Shown: positions 19,875 to 30,536, numbered from the stretch's first letter. The stretch: 64,000 nt of DNA from an uncultured Methanomicrobiales archaeon (GCA_963697895.1 OY969100.1:96001-160000), one strand, 5' to 3'. Notes: generated by a model from the letters alone, not told the origin. Numbers and translations: made by a program.

Positions 19875-21155
19875 TCACCTCGATATCGGTCGCGCCGTAC
19901 CGGGTGACCGTACGTCGCACGTCCGGGTCGCTGAGGCGGCCGTTGTCCGTGCATGGACCAGCATCCCGCGTTTTCGTGCGGGAAGGATCAGCTTCCGGAT
20001 ATGGCTCTGGTCGCCGGAGAATCCGCTGAAGAGGTACAGATCGGTGGTCGGCAGGGCATGAAACACCCGGGCGACCTGGGCCTCGAACGTGGTCGGCTTC
20101 ATCGAGGCGGGAAAGGTCTGGTAAATACCGGTAAGTCCGGAGAGAAACTCCCGGTCCCGCGGGCCTGCCGCCGGGACCCCGTCGATCCGGCGGGCCAGGG
20201 ACCGGGCGGTGGCCGCATCCATGCTCCGGTAGAGGTGGACGAGCCGTTCGCCCGGTGTCAGGGAGGTGAGCAGGGCCCGCACCGGGGCGGTCTGCCGCCC
20301 GAAGGGAAGGTACCGGATGACATTTGCGCCCGAGATCACGAGCAGGTGCCCGGCGCCATGCCGGGCGGCGGCCTGTTCCACGAGGCCCGAGACCGCACCC
20401 TTCAGTGCATCGCCGGTCCCGTGCGGGGCGGAGGGATCCGGCATGTCGAGGACGATCAGCGGGGGGCTTCCCGCGATCCCCGTATATTCCCGCACGAAGA
20501 GGCGGTCGTGTTTTGCCGAGAGCTTCCAGTCGATATGCCGCGGGTCATCCCCGGTGATGTACGCCCGGAACGATCGGATCCCGTACCCGGGAAGCAGGTA
20601 CGGCCGCTCGTGCTCCGTCTCCCCTTCGAGGCGTGCGGACTCCGACAGCGCAAAGAGGGAGAACGGTTCGACATGCATGACCGGGCCCCGGAACCGGGCG
20701 GCCCGGCAGGGAATGGCGGTCCGGAAGAAGGCGTCCTTCAATGTGAGCGAGACACCCCCGAACCGGACTGCCCCGGTTTCCAGGAGAGTGATCTCGTAAG
20801 ACAGGGTGATCTCATCCCGGATTCGGCCCTGGGTCTCTCCGGTCGTGACACTCGCCCCCACCGGCACGAGGTCTTTTACCTGTGCAACCATCCGGACCGG
20901 GATACGCGTTCGCACGACCGTGGTAACTGCTACCGTCCTGCCCTGCCGGACGATCGTCTTGTCCGTCTCCCGGTGGACCGCGAGAGCGTCCCCGGCGATG
21001 CGGAGCCCCCGGAAGAAGAGCACGAACCGGAAGAGCAGGAAGACGAGCAGACCTGCGGCGAGCGAAAGGAGGAGGAGGTCGTCGAAGAGCCAGGATGCGA
21101 GGACCAGGGCAAGGGCGAGGACGGCAAGACCGGATGAGCATCGCGTCGTGTGCAC
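19875..21155 (-). CDS. DUF58-domain (vWA-like) protein
   Basis: FRAYITGDDPRHIDWKLSAKHDRLFVREY signature; follows MoxR. Confidence 0.9.
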   Translation of the reverse strand: MHTTRCSSGLAVLALALVLASWLFDDLLLLSLAAGLLVFLLFRFVLFFRGLRIAGDALAVHRETDKTIVRQGRTVAVTTVVRTRIPVRMVAQVKDLVPVGASVTTGETQGRIRDEITLSYEITLLETGAVRFGGVSLTLKDAFFRTAIPCRAARFRGPVMHVEPFSLFALSESARLEGETEHERPYLLPGYGIRSFRAYITGDDPRHIDWKLSAKHDRLFVREYTGIAGSPPLIVLDMPDPSAPHGTGDALKGAVSGLVEQAAARHGAGHLLVISGANVIRYLPFGRQTAPVRALLTSLTPGERLVHLYRSMDAATARSLARRIDGVPAAGPRDREFLSGLTGIYQTFPASMKPTTFEAQVARVFHALPTTDLYLFSGFSGDQSHIRKLILPARKRGMLVHARTTAASATRTCDVRSPGTARPISR

Positions 21156-21158
21156 GCC

Positions 21159-22133
21159 TTATGGCACCTCGGTCGCGTCCAGGATCTCGCGGACGACCTG
21201 CCCGGTCGTCACCCCGGCGATCTCCGCCTCCTTCTCGAGGATCAACCGGTGCGTGAAGGTGGCGGGGACAAGCTTCTTCACGTCGTCGGGGATGACGAAC
21301 CCCCGCTCCTGTAACGCCGCCACGACCCGGCTCCCCCGAACGAGCGCGATCGAGGCACGGGAGTTCGCGCCGACGCGCACGTCGCCGTGCTTCCGCGTCG
21401 CGATCACGAGGTCGCGGATGTACCGGAGCACCGGCTCCTCCACATGGACCTGGTCCATGAGCCGGATGAAGGACTCGATCGTCCCGCGGGTCATCGCCGG
21501 CTTCAGCGTGCATGAATATGCCTCCCAGTCGAGCCCGCCTTCGTATTCCCGCCGGATCAGGTCGAGCTCGTGGTCCGCGTCCAGGTGCCCCATCCGGATG
21601 CTGAACATGAACCGGTCCTTCTGCGCCTCGATCAGGGGAAAGACCCCCTCGAACTCGAAGGGGTTCTGGGTCGCGATCACGATGAACGGCGACTCGAGCG
21701 GCACCGTCTCCCCGTCGATCGTGACCTGGCGCTCGCTCATCGACTCGATGAATGCGCTCTGGGTCTTCGGGGAGAGCCGGTTGATCTCGTCGATCAGCAT
21801 GAAGTTCGCAAAGATCGGTCCCTTCCGGAGCGCAAACTCGCGCCGCTCGGGATCGAAGATCCGGACCCCGATGATATCGGCCGGCTGGCTGTCCACCGCA
21901 CACTGGAACCGGGAGAAGCGGCTCCCGGTGATCTGGGCGAGCGCCTTGACCATGGAGGTCTTCGCCGTCCCGGGGTACCCTTCTATGAGGAGATGTCCCC
22001 GGGAGAGGAGCCCGATCATCGCGAGCTCCTTCAATTCCCCGTACCCGACGATAAATTCCCCGATACGGTCCTGTATGGTCTGGTATATCGACGAAAGGTT
22101 TGAGAAATCAATGTCGGGATGCTCGCCGGTCAT
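21159..22133 (-). CDS. moxR: MoxR-family AAA+ ATPase
   Basis: HLLIEGYPGTAKT, GPIFANFMLIDEINR, IATQNP, EAQKDRF. Confidence 0.95.
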   Translation of the reverse strand: MTGEHPDIDFSNLSSIYQTIQDRIGEFIVGYGELKELAMIGLLSRGHLLIEGYPGTAKTSMVKALAQITGSRFSRFQCAVDSQPADIIGVRIFDPERREFALRKGPIFANFMLIDEINRLSPKTQSAFIESMSERQVTIDGETVPLESPFIVIATQNPFEFEGVFPLIEAQKDRFMFSIRMGHLDADHELDLIRREYEGGLDWEAYSCTLKPAMTRGTIESFIRLMDQVHVEEPVLRYIRDLVIATRKHGDVRVGANSRASIALVRGSRVVAALQERGFVIPDDVKKLVPATFTHRLILEKEAEIAGVTTGQVVREILDATEVP

Positions 22134-23014
22134 GCACGGTCTCCGCTGGTCTTTCCTCTCCTGAACAGGTATGCGACGATGACGATGAGAATACTTACGA
22201 TAAGAATCCGGGCCGGGAGCGACTCCGCAATCGCCCGGGAGATCCGGATGGAGAAGTCATCCGTGCTCGTCCGCCCGTGTGTCTGGTCGATCGCGATCCC
22301 TCCCGGACCGGGGACGAGTCGGTCCAGGAACACCCGGTTGTCCCCGCTCTCCTCCGCCATCGCATTGATGAAGATGCTCGGGTCGGAGAGGACGTACAGC
22401 GTCCCCCTTCCGATCTGCTCCCGGGACAGCACGGCATAACGGCCGAGTTCCTCATCGGGACCCGCCCGGCCGTCCCCGTCGGTATCCAGCCAGGAGAGGA
22501 GGGAGGTGGTGACGAGCTCCTCTCCTCCCTCCACCGCGGCCGGGTGGTTCAGGACCAGGGTGGAGACGTTCTCAATAAGGGTATCATTTACGACCGGATA
22601 CGTGATGACCGAAGAGGAGTCGGCATACTCGCGGTTGATGCTCGTAAGGTTTCCCGGCAGGATCCGGATACTGCTGCCGAGGCCGGAGAGGAGCTGGTTC
22701 CCGGTGCCGTAATCGTCGGCGAGGACCAGGGTATGCCCCTGTTCTAAAAATGCCCGGTACCGGGCGATATCTTCCCCAGTAAAATTACGGTACGGGGCGA
22801 TCACGAGCAGGCGCGATGCATGTGTCGTATCGAGAGCGGGAAGCTCCGTGATCTCGGTCCCCCCGGCCGCCTCGAAGCCGTCGAAGAATGCCGACGTCCC
22901 GTTCCACTGGATATTGTACCGGCTGAACTCCTCGTCCGTCGTCGAGAAGTGGACAGAGACGAGGACGACGACGAGCACGAGCAGGGCGCCGGTGAGCCAG
23001 AGTATCCGTCTCAT
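22130..23014 (-). CDS. DUF4350-like membrane-anchored protein
   Basis: Start MRRILWL; FSRYNIQWNGTS, LVLADDYG, LSDPSIFINAM; TM helices at both ends. Confidence 0.82.
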   Translation of the reverse strand: MRRILWLTGALLVLVVVLVSVHFSTTDEEFSRYNIQWNGTSAFFDGFEAAGGTEITELPALDTTHASRLLVIAPYRNFTGEDIARYRAFLEQGHTLVLADDYGTGNQLLSGLGSSIRILPGNLTSINREYADSSSVITYPVVNDTLIENVSTLVLNHPAAVEGGEELVTTSLLSWLDTDGDGRAGPDEELGRYAVLSREQIGRGTLYVLSDPSIFINAMAEESGDNRVFLDRLVPGPGGIAIDQTHGRTSTDDFSIRISRAIAESLPARILIVSILIVIVAYLFRRGKTSGDRA

Positions 23015-24774
23015 GCCTGCTCCTCCCGCTCGACCGCATCGGATGCCGCCGAGAACCGGGCCAGGATCGCATCCGCCCGTTCGGTATCCGGTACCCTTCC
23101 CCCGTACCGCACCGGCTCGTACGGGAGGATGAACGAGCGGACCGCATCGAAGAACGATCGCCCCCGGCTCTGCCGGCAGAGCTCCCGGGGGGTCAGGGAC
23201 CGGGGATTCCGGAGGGGGATCCGTTCCTGGCAGAGCGCGAGGAGGTGGAGGAAGAGCTGGCGGACCGCTTCCCGGGCGTCCTCCCCGACCGTCTCCCGGT
23301 ATGACGCGATCACCTGCTCCCGGCTCGGGGCGACCGGCGCTTCCGGGGCCAATTCCGCTTCGGGTACCTCGGGTATGGGAGCCGGCTGGTCCGTCGCGGG
23401 GTATTCTTCTCCCCGGGGAGAAGCGGGAGCCGGCCATACCCTTCGGCGGAGGTACCAGACCGCGGCGCCGATGAACGCGGCGATGATGAGGGCGGCGACG
23501 AGGAAAGACCCGGTGCCGGCGTCCGTCCCGGTGATCCCCGGGGATACATGGAACACAAACTCTTCCGATTCGGACGGCAGCAGGGGGTACCCCTCGCCGC
23601 TGAACACTGCCCGGAGCCGGGTGGTACCCGGAGAGAGGGCGATGACTGCGGAATAATGGCCGTCGTCGCCCGTCTCGATCATTTCCGTTCTTCCCGTCCC
23701 GCCTTCGTCGAGGCGGATCGACACCGGCGCCCGGGTGACCGGGATGTGGCCGCCCGCCACGAGCGTTCCCGAGACAGTGACCCGGTTCCCGTTCTGATCG
23801 GGAGCGAGCGTCAGCATGGTCGGGAGTTCATCGACCCGGAACAGCACGGGTGTGGAGAATGTCGCTGCCCCCGACTGGGCGAATGCGGTATGGTTCCCCG
23901 CACGGATCCGATCGATGAGGTACCCGTACCGGAATGCGCCGTCCGGCTGGACCGGGACGGACCGGGTTTCCTCCCCCCCGATCACGATCCGGAGATCCGG
24001 TGACAAGAGTGAGGGGCCCTTCAGCACCCCCGACATCGTGAGGGTGTCGTGGTAGACTCCGCGGTCGGGAATGACTGCGAGCGTCAGGTCGGGCCCCGAC
24101 GGCAGGAACTCCTGCTCGCGGGCGGCCTGCTCCGCGGTGAACTCGTCCACGATCGCGGCGAAGTCCGCGACACTCCCTTCGTACCGGGTCGTGTTCAGGT
24201 CGTATTTTTTGCTGATCCTGACCATCGGGTCCTCGTTCGCCTTGTAGTCCTGGTAGAGCTGCTGCAGTTTCTGTTTCAGCGCCCTCCCCTGTATCGTCAC
24301 CGCGTAGAGCTCCCCGGAATTCCCTTCGCTCCGGTACCGGATCTCCAGGGACCGGAGCTCCGAGAGGGCGGTCGTGCTGTTCACCAGTTCAGAGAGGATC
24401 GAAAGGTCGTCCTGGTTCAGCCGGCGCCACTCCTCGATATCGCTCTCCGACATGTCGAGGTTGATCACCAGGTTGTCGAGGTGGCCGCCCATCTGGATGA
24501 ACTCGCGGAGGTCCCGGGCGGCGATGTCGTAGTCCTCGAGCCGCACGTTCAGCGTGAGGGAACCGTGCTGGTCGAGGAGATCCCCCATGAGGGGCAGGAG
24601 GGAGGCGGCGTTCTCCGGGGATATCTCGGTGAGCACCCCGTTATTGGTATGAAACGGCGTGACCGCATCGTCCTTTGCGGAGTAGAGGAGGGGGGACGTG
24701 GCATGGAGGGCGAGGAGGATGACGACGGTCGCCGCTGCTGCGACGATGATCCCGTACCCATAGATGCGTTTCAT
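23011..24774 (-). CDS. Membrane protein with Ig-like domains and a C-terminal DUF4129-like domain
   Basis: N-terminal TM, coiled region, beta-rich domains, second TM, then SLTPRE...YEPVRYG. Confidence 0.75.
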   Translation of the reverse strand: MKRIYGYGIIVAAAATVVILLALHATSPLLYSAKDDAVTPFHTNNGVLTEISPENAASLLPLMGDLLDQHGSLTLNVRLEDYDIAARDLREFIQMGGHLDNLVINLDMSESDIEEWRRLNQDDLSILSELVNSTTALSELRSLEIRYRSEGNSGELYAVTIQGRALKQKLQQLYQDYKANEDPMVRISKKYDLNTTRYEGSVADFAAIVDEFTAEQAAREQEFLPSGPDLTLAVIPDRGVYHDTLTMSGVLKGPSLLSPDLRIVIGGEETRSVPVQPDGAFRYGYLIDRIRAGNHTAFAQSGAATFSTPVLFRVDELPTMLTLAPDQNGNRVTVSGTLVAGGHIPVTRAPVSIRLDEGGTGRTEMIETGDDGHYSAVIALSPGTTRLRAVFSGEGYPLLPSESEEFVFHVSPGITGTDAGTGSFLVAALIIAAFIGAAVWYLRRRVWPAPASPRGEEYPATDQPAPIPEVPEAELAPEAPVAPSREQVIASYRETVGEDAREAVRQLFLHLLALCQERIPLRNPRSLTPRELCRQSRGRSFFDAVRSFILPYEPVRYGGRVPDTERADAILARFSAASDAVEREEQA

Positions 24775-25031
24775 TGGCTGAGGATCTCCAGGACCTTGGT
24801 CGCGACGATCCAGCCGAAGATGACGACCCCGACCGCGATGATGTACCGGAGGTGCGAGAGGTACCGCGGGGTGGCCGATATCGTGTCGATCAGCTCGACG
24901 ACGATCAAAAGACCGATCAGGAAGAGGACAAAGTAGATTTCAAGATCGATAGACTGGGCGAGGATCATAAAACCCGTGACCGTAAGCACCCATGCGGCGA
25001 GTGCGACCGCGGCCACCTGTTTCTTCTTCAT
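24771..25031 (-). CDS. Small membrane protein, first gene of the MoxR operon
   Basis: Three hydrophobic helices; ATGA overlap with the next gene. Confidence 0.75.
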   Translation of the reverse strand: MKKKQVAAVALAAWVLTVTGFMILAQSIDLEIYFVLFLIGLLIVVELIDTISATPRYLSHLRYIIAVGVVIFGWIVATKVLEILSQ

Positions 25032-25082
25032 GGATAAGAGATGATGGGGCTCTTTCGTTATGATGGTTATGGAATTCCCGCC

Positions 25083-25096
25083 GGAAAGGATTTATA
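25083..25096 (+). promoter_or_regulatory. BRE/TATA-like promoter
   Basis: ggaaagga-tttata about 23 nt upstream of the ATG at 25119. Confidence 0.5.
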
Positions 25097-25118
25097 GAGC
25101 CATTCCGTCATTCTAGCT

Positions 25119-25616
25119 ATGAAATGGTGCTACGGGCTGGCCGCCCTGCTCCTCCTCGTCGCGCTCAGCATGCCGGTGCAGGCATTCACCGCCGACCGGC
25201 TGGATATCAGCGTCCGGGAGAACGGGGATGCGAATATCACCTTCGACTATACCTTAAACTGGCTGGAATACCTCGCGGTCTTCCTCCACGTGGCAGACCC
25301 GGCGGCCGAGCTGCAGAAGGCAGTACAAAGTAACACATACGCGAACGTGACGGTGAATTCCGTAACGCCCCGGGAAGTCTCCCTCGGCGTGGAGAAATTT
25401 GCGGTCGTCCAGGATCAGGCAATGGGACCGACACTAACAACCCCGACGATCTCCTTTGCACAGGCAGAACAGGTTCTGCAGCAGTACTGGTTCTCCCGGT
25501 ATATATCACCCGATTTCTCCCCGGCGACCACGGTGATCCAGTTCCCGGACGGGTATTCGCAGACCTTTTATGACCAGATCACCATCCCGTCGGTATCCCA
25601 TACCATCGGGCAATAA
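25119..25616 (+). CDS. Secreted hypothetical protein
   Basis: Signal peptide ending VQA; coherent 165-aa ORF with an upstream TATA box. Confidence 0.78.
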   Translation: MKWCYGLAALLLLVALSMPVQAFTADRLDISVRENGDANITFDYTLNWLEYLAVFLHVADPAAELQKAVQSNTYANVTVNSVTPREVSLGVEKFAVVQDQAMGPTLTTPTISFAQAEQVLQQYWFSRYISPDFSPATTVIQFPDGYSQTFYDQITIPSVSHTIGQ

Positions 25617-25716
25617 TAATTTTTCAATTATCGGTATTATCCCGGATTTTTTGCATTTCTTTTTGTTGATTTGGCCTTCTTGGTCGTTTTTGTGGGGGGA
25701 AAGATAAGGACCCGTT

Positions 25717-25869
25717 TGAGAATGAACACTCCTATCCCATCCGGGCGCCGCAGCGGCAGGGCGAAGCCCCGGGAGCGTCATCGGTTTTGATGAACCTCAA
25801 TAAGAATGAGAATGAACCCCTTATCCCATTGGGGACGCCGCAGCGGCGGGGCGAAGCCCCGGGAGCGTC
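25717..25869. repeat. REP-like repeat, two tandem copies
   Basis: tgagaatgaac...tatcccat...cgccgcagcggc.gggcgaagccccgggagcgtc at 25717-25780 and 25807-25869, between convergent genes. Confidence 0.88.
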
Positions 25870-25904
25870 TCCAAAATACTAAACCTATCTAGTCCGAAGA
25901 GCCA

Positions 25905-27368
25905 TTATCCTGAGAACAGGTGGGAGAACGACCCGAGGATACCGGATATCAGTTCCTCGATCCATGAATGGGGAGTTCCTGTATCGGGAGAAGGTGTTGT
26001 ATCCCCGTTGGTAGGGGTTGGGGTGTTGTCTGTTGTTCCCGTCCCGGTCGGGGTCACGGTGGGTACGGAGGCATTCGGTTTGGCCGCATTCGTTGAAGTC
26101 TTATTCGGCTTCGTGGCGTTAGTTCCTGTCCCTGTCGGGGTCACGGTGGGGACGGTGGTATTCGGTTTGGCCGCATTCGTCACCGTACTATTCGTTTTCG
26201 TGGTATTGGCGGGGCTGGCATTGCCCGGCAGGATCGTTTCCTCACGGACACCCGTGGAGAAATAATAGAGGGAGTGATCGGTTGCCGCGACCAGGCGGGT
26301 GCCATCGGCCGAGATCTTCATGCCTGCAATCCTTTCCGGTACGAAGCCCGGGACCTGGTAGTTCCAGAGTTCCGAGCCGTTCCGGTACCGGAACGATACC
26401 GATCCGTCTTCTGCACCGGTGGCAAGAAACGACCCGTTTTTGCTCATCGCAACACTCGTAAGCGGTGAATCGGAAGGAACGATCTGAGTCTGGTCCGGGG
26501 TCTGGTTCACCAGATAGAGACCGCTTCCCGATGCCCCGGCGATAAGGGAACCGTCGGCCGATATGGCCACGGCAGAGATCGCATCCGTCCGGTTCGTCCA
26601 GAGTTTTTTCCCGTTCCTGTCGAGGAGCGTGAGGCTTCCTGCCTTCCCTTCACCAAACCCGACAGCAATTTTCGATGCGTTTCCGGATATGGCAAGGACG
26701 CCTGCGGGGAGTTCGACGGTTATTTTGCTCCGGGTCTTCAGGTTCACAAGGACCACCGTCGGTTTGAAGTCGTTACAGGGGATATATGCCCCGGTGCTCC
26801 CGTCCGGGGACATGACGAACTCCAGCGCCATGATGGCGTCGAAGGGTCCCGGGGCGATTGTCACGTTCGACCCGGCGAGATCGGTGATGTACACCTGACC
26901 GTTCACGATCCCGGCCGCCACCCGTTTGGTATCGGAGGAGATCGCGATATCATTCACCGAACCGGTGATGATCTTCCACCCGTTCGTCCCGTTCCGGTAG
27001 TACAGCCGGGCCGCACCCTTGTTATTGAACCGGTCCTCCTGCGTCCCGGAAACCACCGACATGCCGTCGGGGGAGAGTGCGACGACGACCTCGCCGGGAT
27101 TGTCCCGGGTCCAGAGGGGGTCACCGGTTGTCTCGTTCAGGAGCACGAGGTGTCCTTCCTTCGTCCCGGCGGCGACGACCGATCCGTTTTCGGAGAGTGC
27201 CATGCTCGAGATACGCTCTACCCCGGCCGTATATTCCCAGCGGGGATCCATGGCATGGACGGATGAAATACAGGATATACAGCAGATAAGGAGCAGCAGG
27301 AAGACCCGGAGACCGATGGAACGCGATCCCGGCCCCGACCGCAGCCCCATCCGGATCCCGGGTCCCAT
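25905..27368 (-). CDS. Secreted WD40/PQQ-like beta-propeller protein with a Thr/Asn-rich tail
   Basis: Repeated 'AISxDG' blades and LW motifs; signal peptide; 29-aa repeat in the tail. Start codon uncertain. Confidence 0.85.
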   Translation of the reverse strand: MGPGIRMGLRSGPGSRSIGLRVFLLLLICCISCISSVHAMDPRWEYTAGVERISSMALSENGSVVAAGTKEGHLVLLNETTGDPLWTRDNPGEVVVALSPDGMSVVSGTQEDRFNNKGAARLYYRNGTNGWKIITGSVNDIAISSDTKRVAAGIVNGQVYITDLAGSNVTIAPGPFDAIMALEFVMSPDGSTGAYIPCNDFKPTVVLVNLKTRSKITVELPAGVLAISGNASKIAVGFGEGKAGSLTLLDRNGKKLWTNRTDAISAVAISADGSLIAGASGSGLYLVNQTPDQTQIVPSDSPLTSVAMSKNGSFLATGAEDGSVSFRYRNGSELWNYQVPGFVPERIAGMKISADGTRLVAATDHSLYYFSTGVREETILPGNASPANTTKTNSTVTNAAKPNTTVPTVTPTGTGTNATKPNKTSTNAAKPNASVPTVTPTGTGTTDNTPTPTNGDTTPSPDTGTPHSWIEELISGILGSFSHLFSG

Positions 27369-27530
27369 GAAGGAGAGCTGGGGCCGGCGCCACCATAAAG
27401 GTTGAGTTATCATCGGGCCGGGAGAGGGAGCAGGAGTATCCGGTTTCCCTGTCGGGGAGAGTCCCCGTCCGGAACACACCGGGCCCGGCTGGCATCACCT
27501 TTATCTCCCCCCGGGCGACAATGACGCACC

Positions 27531-28676
27531 ATGGACTGGAAGGCATGGCTGATCCTGGGAGTGGGACTGGTGATCATCGTCGCCTTCGCCCTGACGAACA
27601 TCCCCCTCATCTTCCCGCCCGGTGAGAATAACACGGGCGGCCTTCCGCTCTCGACGATCCGGCTCCCGCCCGGGTTCCATATCGCGGTCTACAGCGGGGA
27701 GGTCCCCGGGGCCCGCTCCCTGACCATCTCCCCGGACGGTACCGTGTACGTGGGGACCATGACGGCAGGGAAGGTATACGCACTCACCAACCGGCCGGGA
27801 AGTTACGACCACCCCACGGACGTCTTTACCATTGCGGAGCGGCTGAACGAGCCCAACGGGGTGGCCTTCCGGAATGGATCTCTGTATGTGGCAGAGATCA
27901 GCCGCATCATCCGGTATGACGGCATCGAGGCGAATCTCTCCTCCCCGCCTGAGCCCGTCGTGGTGAAAGCCGGCTATCCGCCCGGGGGCGAACATGGCTG
28001 GAAGTTTATCGCCTTCGGGCCGGACGGGAAACTCTATGTCCCGATCGCGTCTCCCTGCAACATCTGCACTCCCCCGGACCCGCTCGACCAGACGATCACC
28101 CGGATGAACCCCGACGGTACCGGCCTCGAGGTGTATGCGGAAGGGATCCGGAACAGCGTCGGGTTCGACTGGGACCCGAATACCGGGATCCTCTGGTTCA
28201 CCGACAACGGGAGGGACTTCCTCGGTGAGGACATTCCCCCCGACGAGCTGAACCGTGCCCCGGAACCCGGGATGAACTTCGGGTTCCCGTACTGCTATGA
28301 CGACAACGTGACCGACCCTGCCTTCACCGGCCATTCCTGTGCCGGGTACGTCCCGCCGGCGGTGGAACTGCAGGCCCACGTGGCACCGCTCGGGATGCGG
28401 TTCTATACAGGGACCATGTTCCCCCCCGAATATAAGGACCAGATCTTCATCGCCGAGCACGGCTCCTGGAACCGGGTGGTGCCGATCGGGTACCGGGTCG
28501 CGCTGGTCCGGCTGGAGAACGGGACCCCGGTGGGAACGGAGGTCTTTGCCGACGGATGGCTCCAGGGAACCGCGGCGTGGGGCCGGCCGGTGGACCTCCA
28601 GGTGATGCCCGACGGGTCCCTTCTCGTCAGCGACGACAAAGCGGGGGCTGTCTACCGGATTACCTACCAGGCGTAA
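27531..28676 (+). CDS. Glucose/sorbosone dehydrogenase-family (PQQ-dependent sugar dehydrogenase-like) protein
   Basis: HGWKFIAFGPDGKLY, GIRNSVGFDW, DNGRD, AEHGSWNR, GRPVD. Confidence 0.92.
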   Translation: MDWKAWLILGVGLVIIVAFALTNIPLIFPPGENNTGGLPLSTIRLPPGFHIAVYSGEVPGARSLTISPDGTVYVGTMTAGKVYALTNRPGSYDHPTDVFTIAERLNEPNGVAFRNGSLYVAEISRIIRYDGIEANLSSPPEPVVVKAGYPPGGEHGWKFIAFGPDGKLYVPIASPCNICTPPDPLDQTITRMNPDGTGLEVYAEGIRNSVGFDWDPNTGILWFTDNGRDFLGEDIPPDELNRAPEPGMNFGFPYCYDDNVTDPAFTGHSCAGYVPPAVELQAHVAPLGMRFYTGTMFPPEYKDQIFIAEHGSWNRVVPIGYRVALVRLENGTPVGTEVFADGWLQGTAAWGRPVDLQVMPDGSLLVSDDKAGAVYRITYQA

Positions 28677-29088
28677 GGGCGGCGACAAGCGGGGACTTTC
28701 AGATGAATTGCCAAGCAGGAGATGATCCATCGATCAAACGGTGCGACGATAATGCGTGTACCTGCTGGATAACCGAGGCTCCCTCAGATCATATGGTGCG
28801 ACAATACAGCATATCCATCAACCGTGTCCGATGCATGCGGGGCCGGTCTCCGTGATACGCATCGGGCACATACTCGTGATGAAAAGAACAACCCAATCTT
28901 CCGGATAGCCTGCCTTGACTTGATTTCGTTTTCACCCGTTCATTCAAAGAGATCCCTGTTGTGGTGATTAGGAAACACCGGGTCCCGGATATGGTGCAGC
29001 CTGGTGGGAAGATCCGGTCACGGAACATTTTTATGAGTTTATTGACGACGGTACTACCATTAGGTCTCTCCCAGGCAGGAATTTTCCC

Positions 29089-29559
29089 ATGACGATCGAC
29101 GGTGTCCAGATCAAACAGTTGAAAGTAGTCCCCGATGAACGCGGCTGGCTCATGGAGATCCTCCGCTGTGACGATCCCCTCTTCGAGCAGTTCGGACAGG
29201 TGTACGTGACCACCGCGTACCCGGGGGTGGTGAAAGCCTGGCACTACCATAAGATACAGACCGACAACTTCACCTGTATCCAGGGGATGATGAAGGTCGC
29301 CCTCTTCGATGCCCGGCCGGATTCGCCCACCCATCAATCCCTGATGGAGCTCTTCATCGGCGTCCGGAACCCCGTCCTCGTCCATGTCCCCCCGGGGGTA
29401 TACCACGGGTTCAAGGCGATCGGGACCGAAACGGCCTTCTTCCTGAGTATCCCGACGCATCCCTACAATCCTGCAGAACCGGACGAGTTCCGTATCCCGC
29501 CGAATGCACTGGAGATCCCGTACGACTGGGGTCTTGCACCCGGCCTGAAGCACGGCTGA
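29089..29559 (+). CDS. rfbC: dTDP-4-dehydrorhamnose 3,5-epimerase
   Basis: DERG, GVVKAWHYH, VPPGVYHGF. Confidence 0.9.
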   Translation: MTIDGVQIKQLKVVPDERGWLMEILRCDDPLFEQFGQVYVTTAYPGVVKAWHYHKIQTDNFTCIQGMMKVALFDARPDSPTHQSLMELFIGVRNPVLVHVPPGVYHGFKAIGTETAFFLSIPTHPYNPAEPDEFRIPPNALEIPYDWGLAPGLKHG

Positions 29560-29573
29560 GGAGAATTCGACAC

Positions 29574-30536
29574 ATGGCAGTTCTGGTAACCGGAGGATGC
29601 GGGTTCATCGGGAGCAACTTCGTCCGTGCACTGCTCGCAGGCGATCCCGGGACCGCAGTGGTCAACCTGGATAAGCTCACCTATGCGGGGAACCCGGCCA
29701 ACCTGCAGGATATGCAGGACATCCCCGGATATTCCTTCATACACGGCGACATCTGCGACACGACCGTGGTGAACGATATCTTTCGCACCTGCGGTATCGA
29801 CACCGTCGTGCATTTTGCCGCGGAGAGCCATGTCGACCGGTCCATCGAAGACGCCTCGGTCTTCGCACGGACGAACGTCCTCGGCACGCAGACCCTCCTC
29901 GACGCCGCGCATAAATACGGGGTGGAGAGGTTCATCCACGTCTCGACCGACGAGGTGTACGGGAGCATCGCGACGGGTTCGTTCACCGAGGACGACACAT
30001 TAAACCCTTCGAGCCCGTACTCCGCGAGCAAGGCGGGATCCGACCTTCTCGCCCGTTCCTATTTCATCACCCACCGGCTCCCGGTGATCGTCACCCGGTG
30101 CACGAACAACTTCGGGCCGTACCAGCATCCGGAGAAGCTGATCCCGCGGTTCATCACGAACCTTCTCTCGGGCGAGAAAGTCCCCCTCTATGGCACCGGC
30201 CGGAACGTCCGGGACTGGATCTACGTGACTGACCATTGCGACGCGATCCGCCACCTGATCGGGCACGGACAACCGGGCGGGATCTACAACATCGCGGGGG
30301 ATGCCGAGAGGTCCAACCAGGAGATCACCAAAACCCTCCTCCGCCTCCTCGGAAAGGACGAGTCGTGGATCGAGTATGTCCCGGACCGGCCGGGCCACGA
30401 CTTCCGGTACTCGCTCGACGCCGGGAAGCTTCACTGCCTCGGGTGGCAGCCGCGGCACTCGTTCGAGGAGGCGCTGGAGGCGACGGTCCGCTGGTACGAG
30501 GAGAATCCCTCGTGGTGGAGGCCGCTCCGGCAATGA
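29574..30536 (+). CDS. rfbB: dTDP-glucose 4,6-dehydratase
   Basis: TGGCGFIG, DKLTYAGN, HFAAESHVDRSI, STDEVYG, YSASK. Confidence 0.97.
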   Translation: MAVLVTGGCGFIGSNFVRALLAGDPGTAVVNLDKLTYAGNPANLQDMQDIPGYSFIHGDICDTTVVNDIFRTCGIDTVVHFAAESHVDRSIEDASVFARTNVLGTQTLLDAAHKYGVERFIHVSTDEVYGSIATGSFTEDDTLNPSSPYSASKAGSDLLARSYFITHRLPVIVTRCTNNFGPYQHPEKLIPRFITNLLSGEKVPLYGTGRNVRDWIYVTDHCDAIRHLIGHGQPGGIYNIAGDAERSNQEITKTLLRLLGKDESWIEYVPDRPGHDFRYSLDAGKLHCLGWQPRHSFEEALEATVRWYEENPSWWRPLRQ

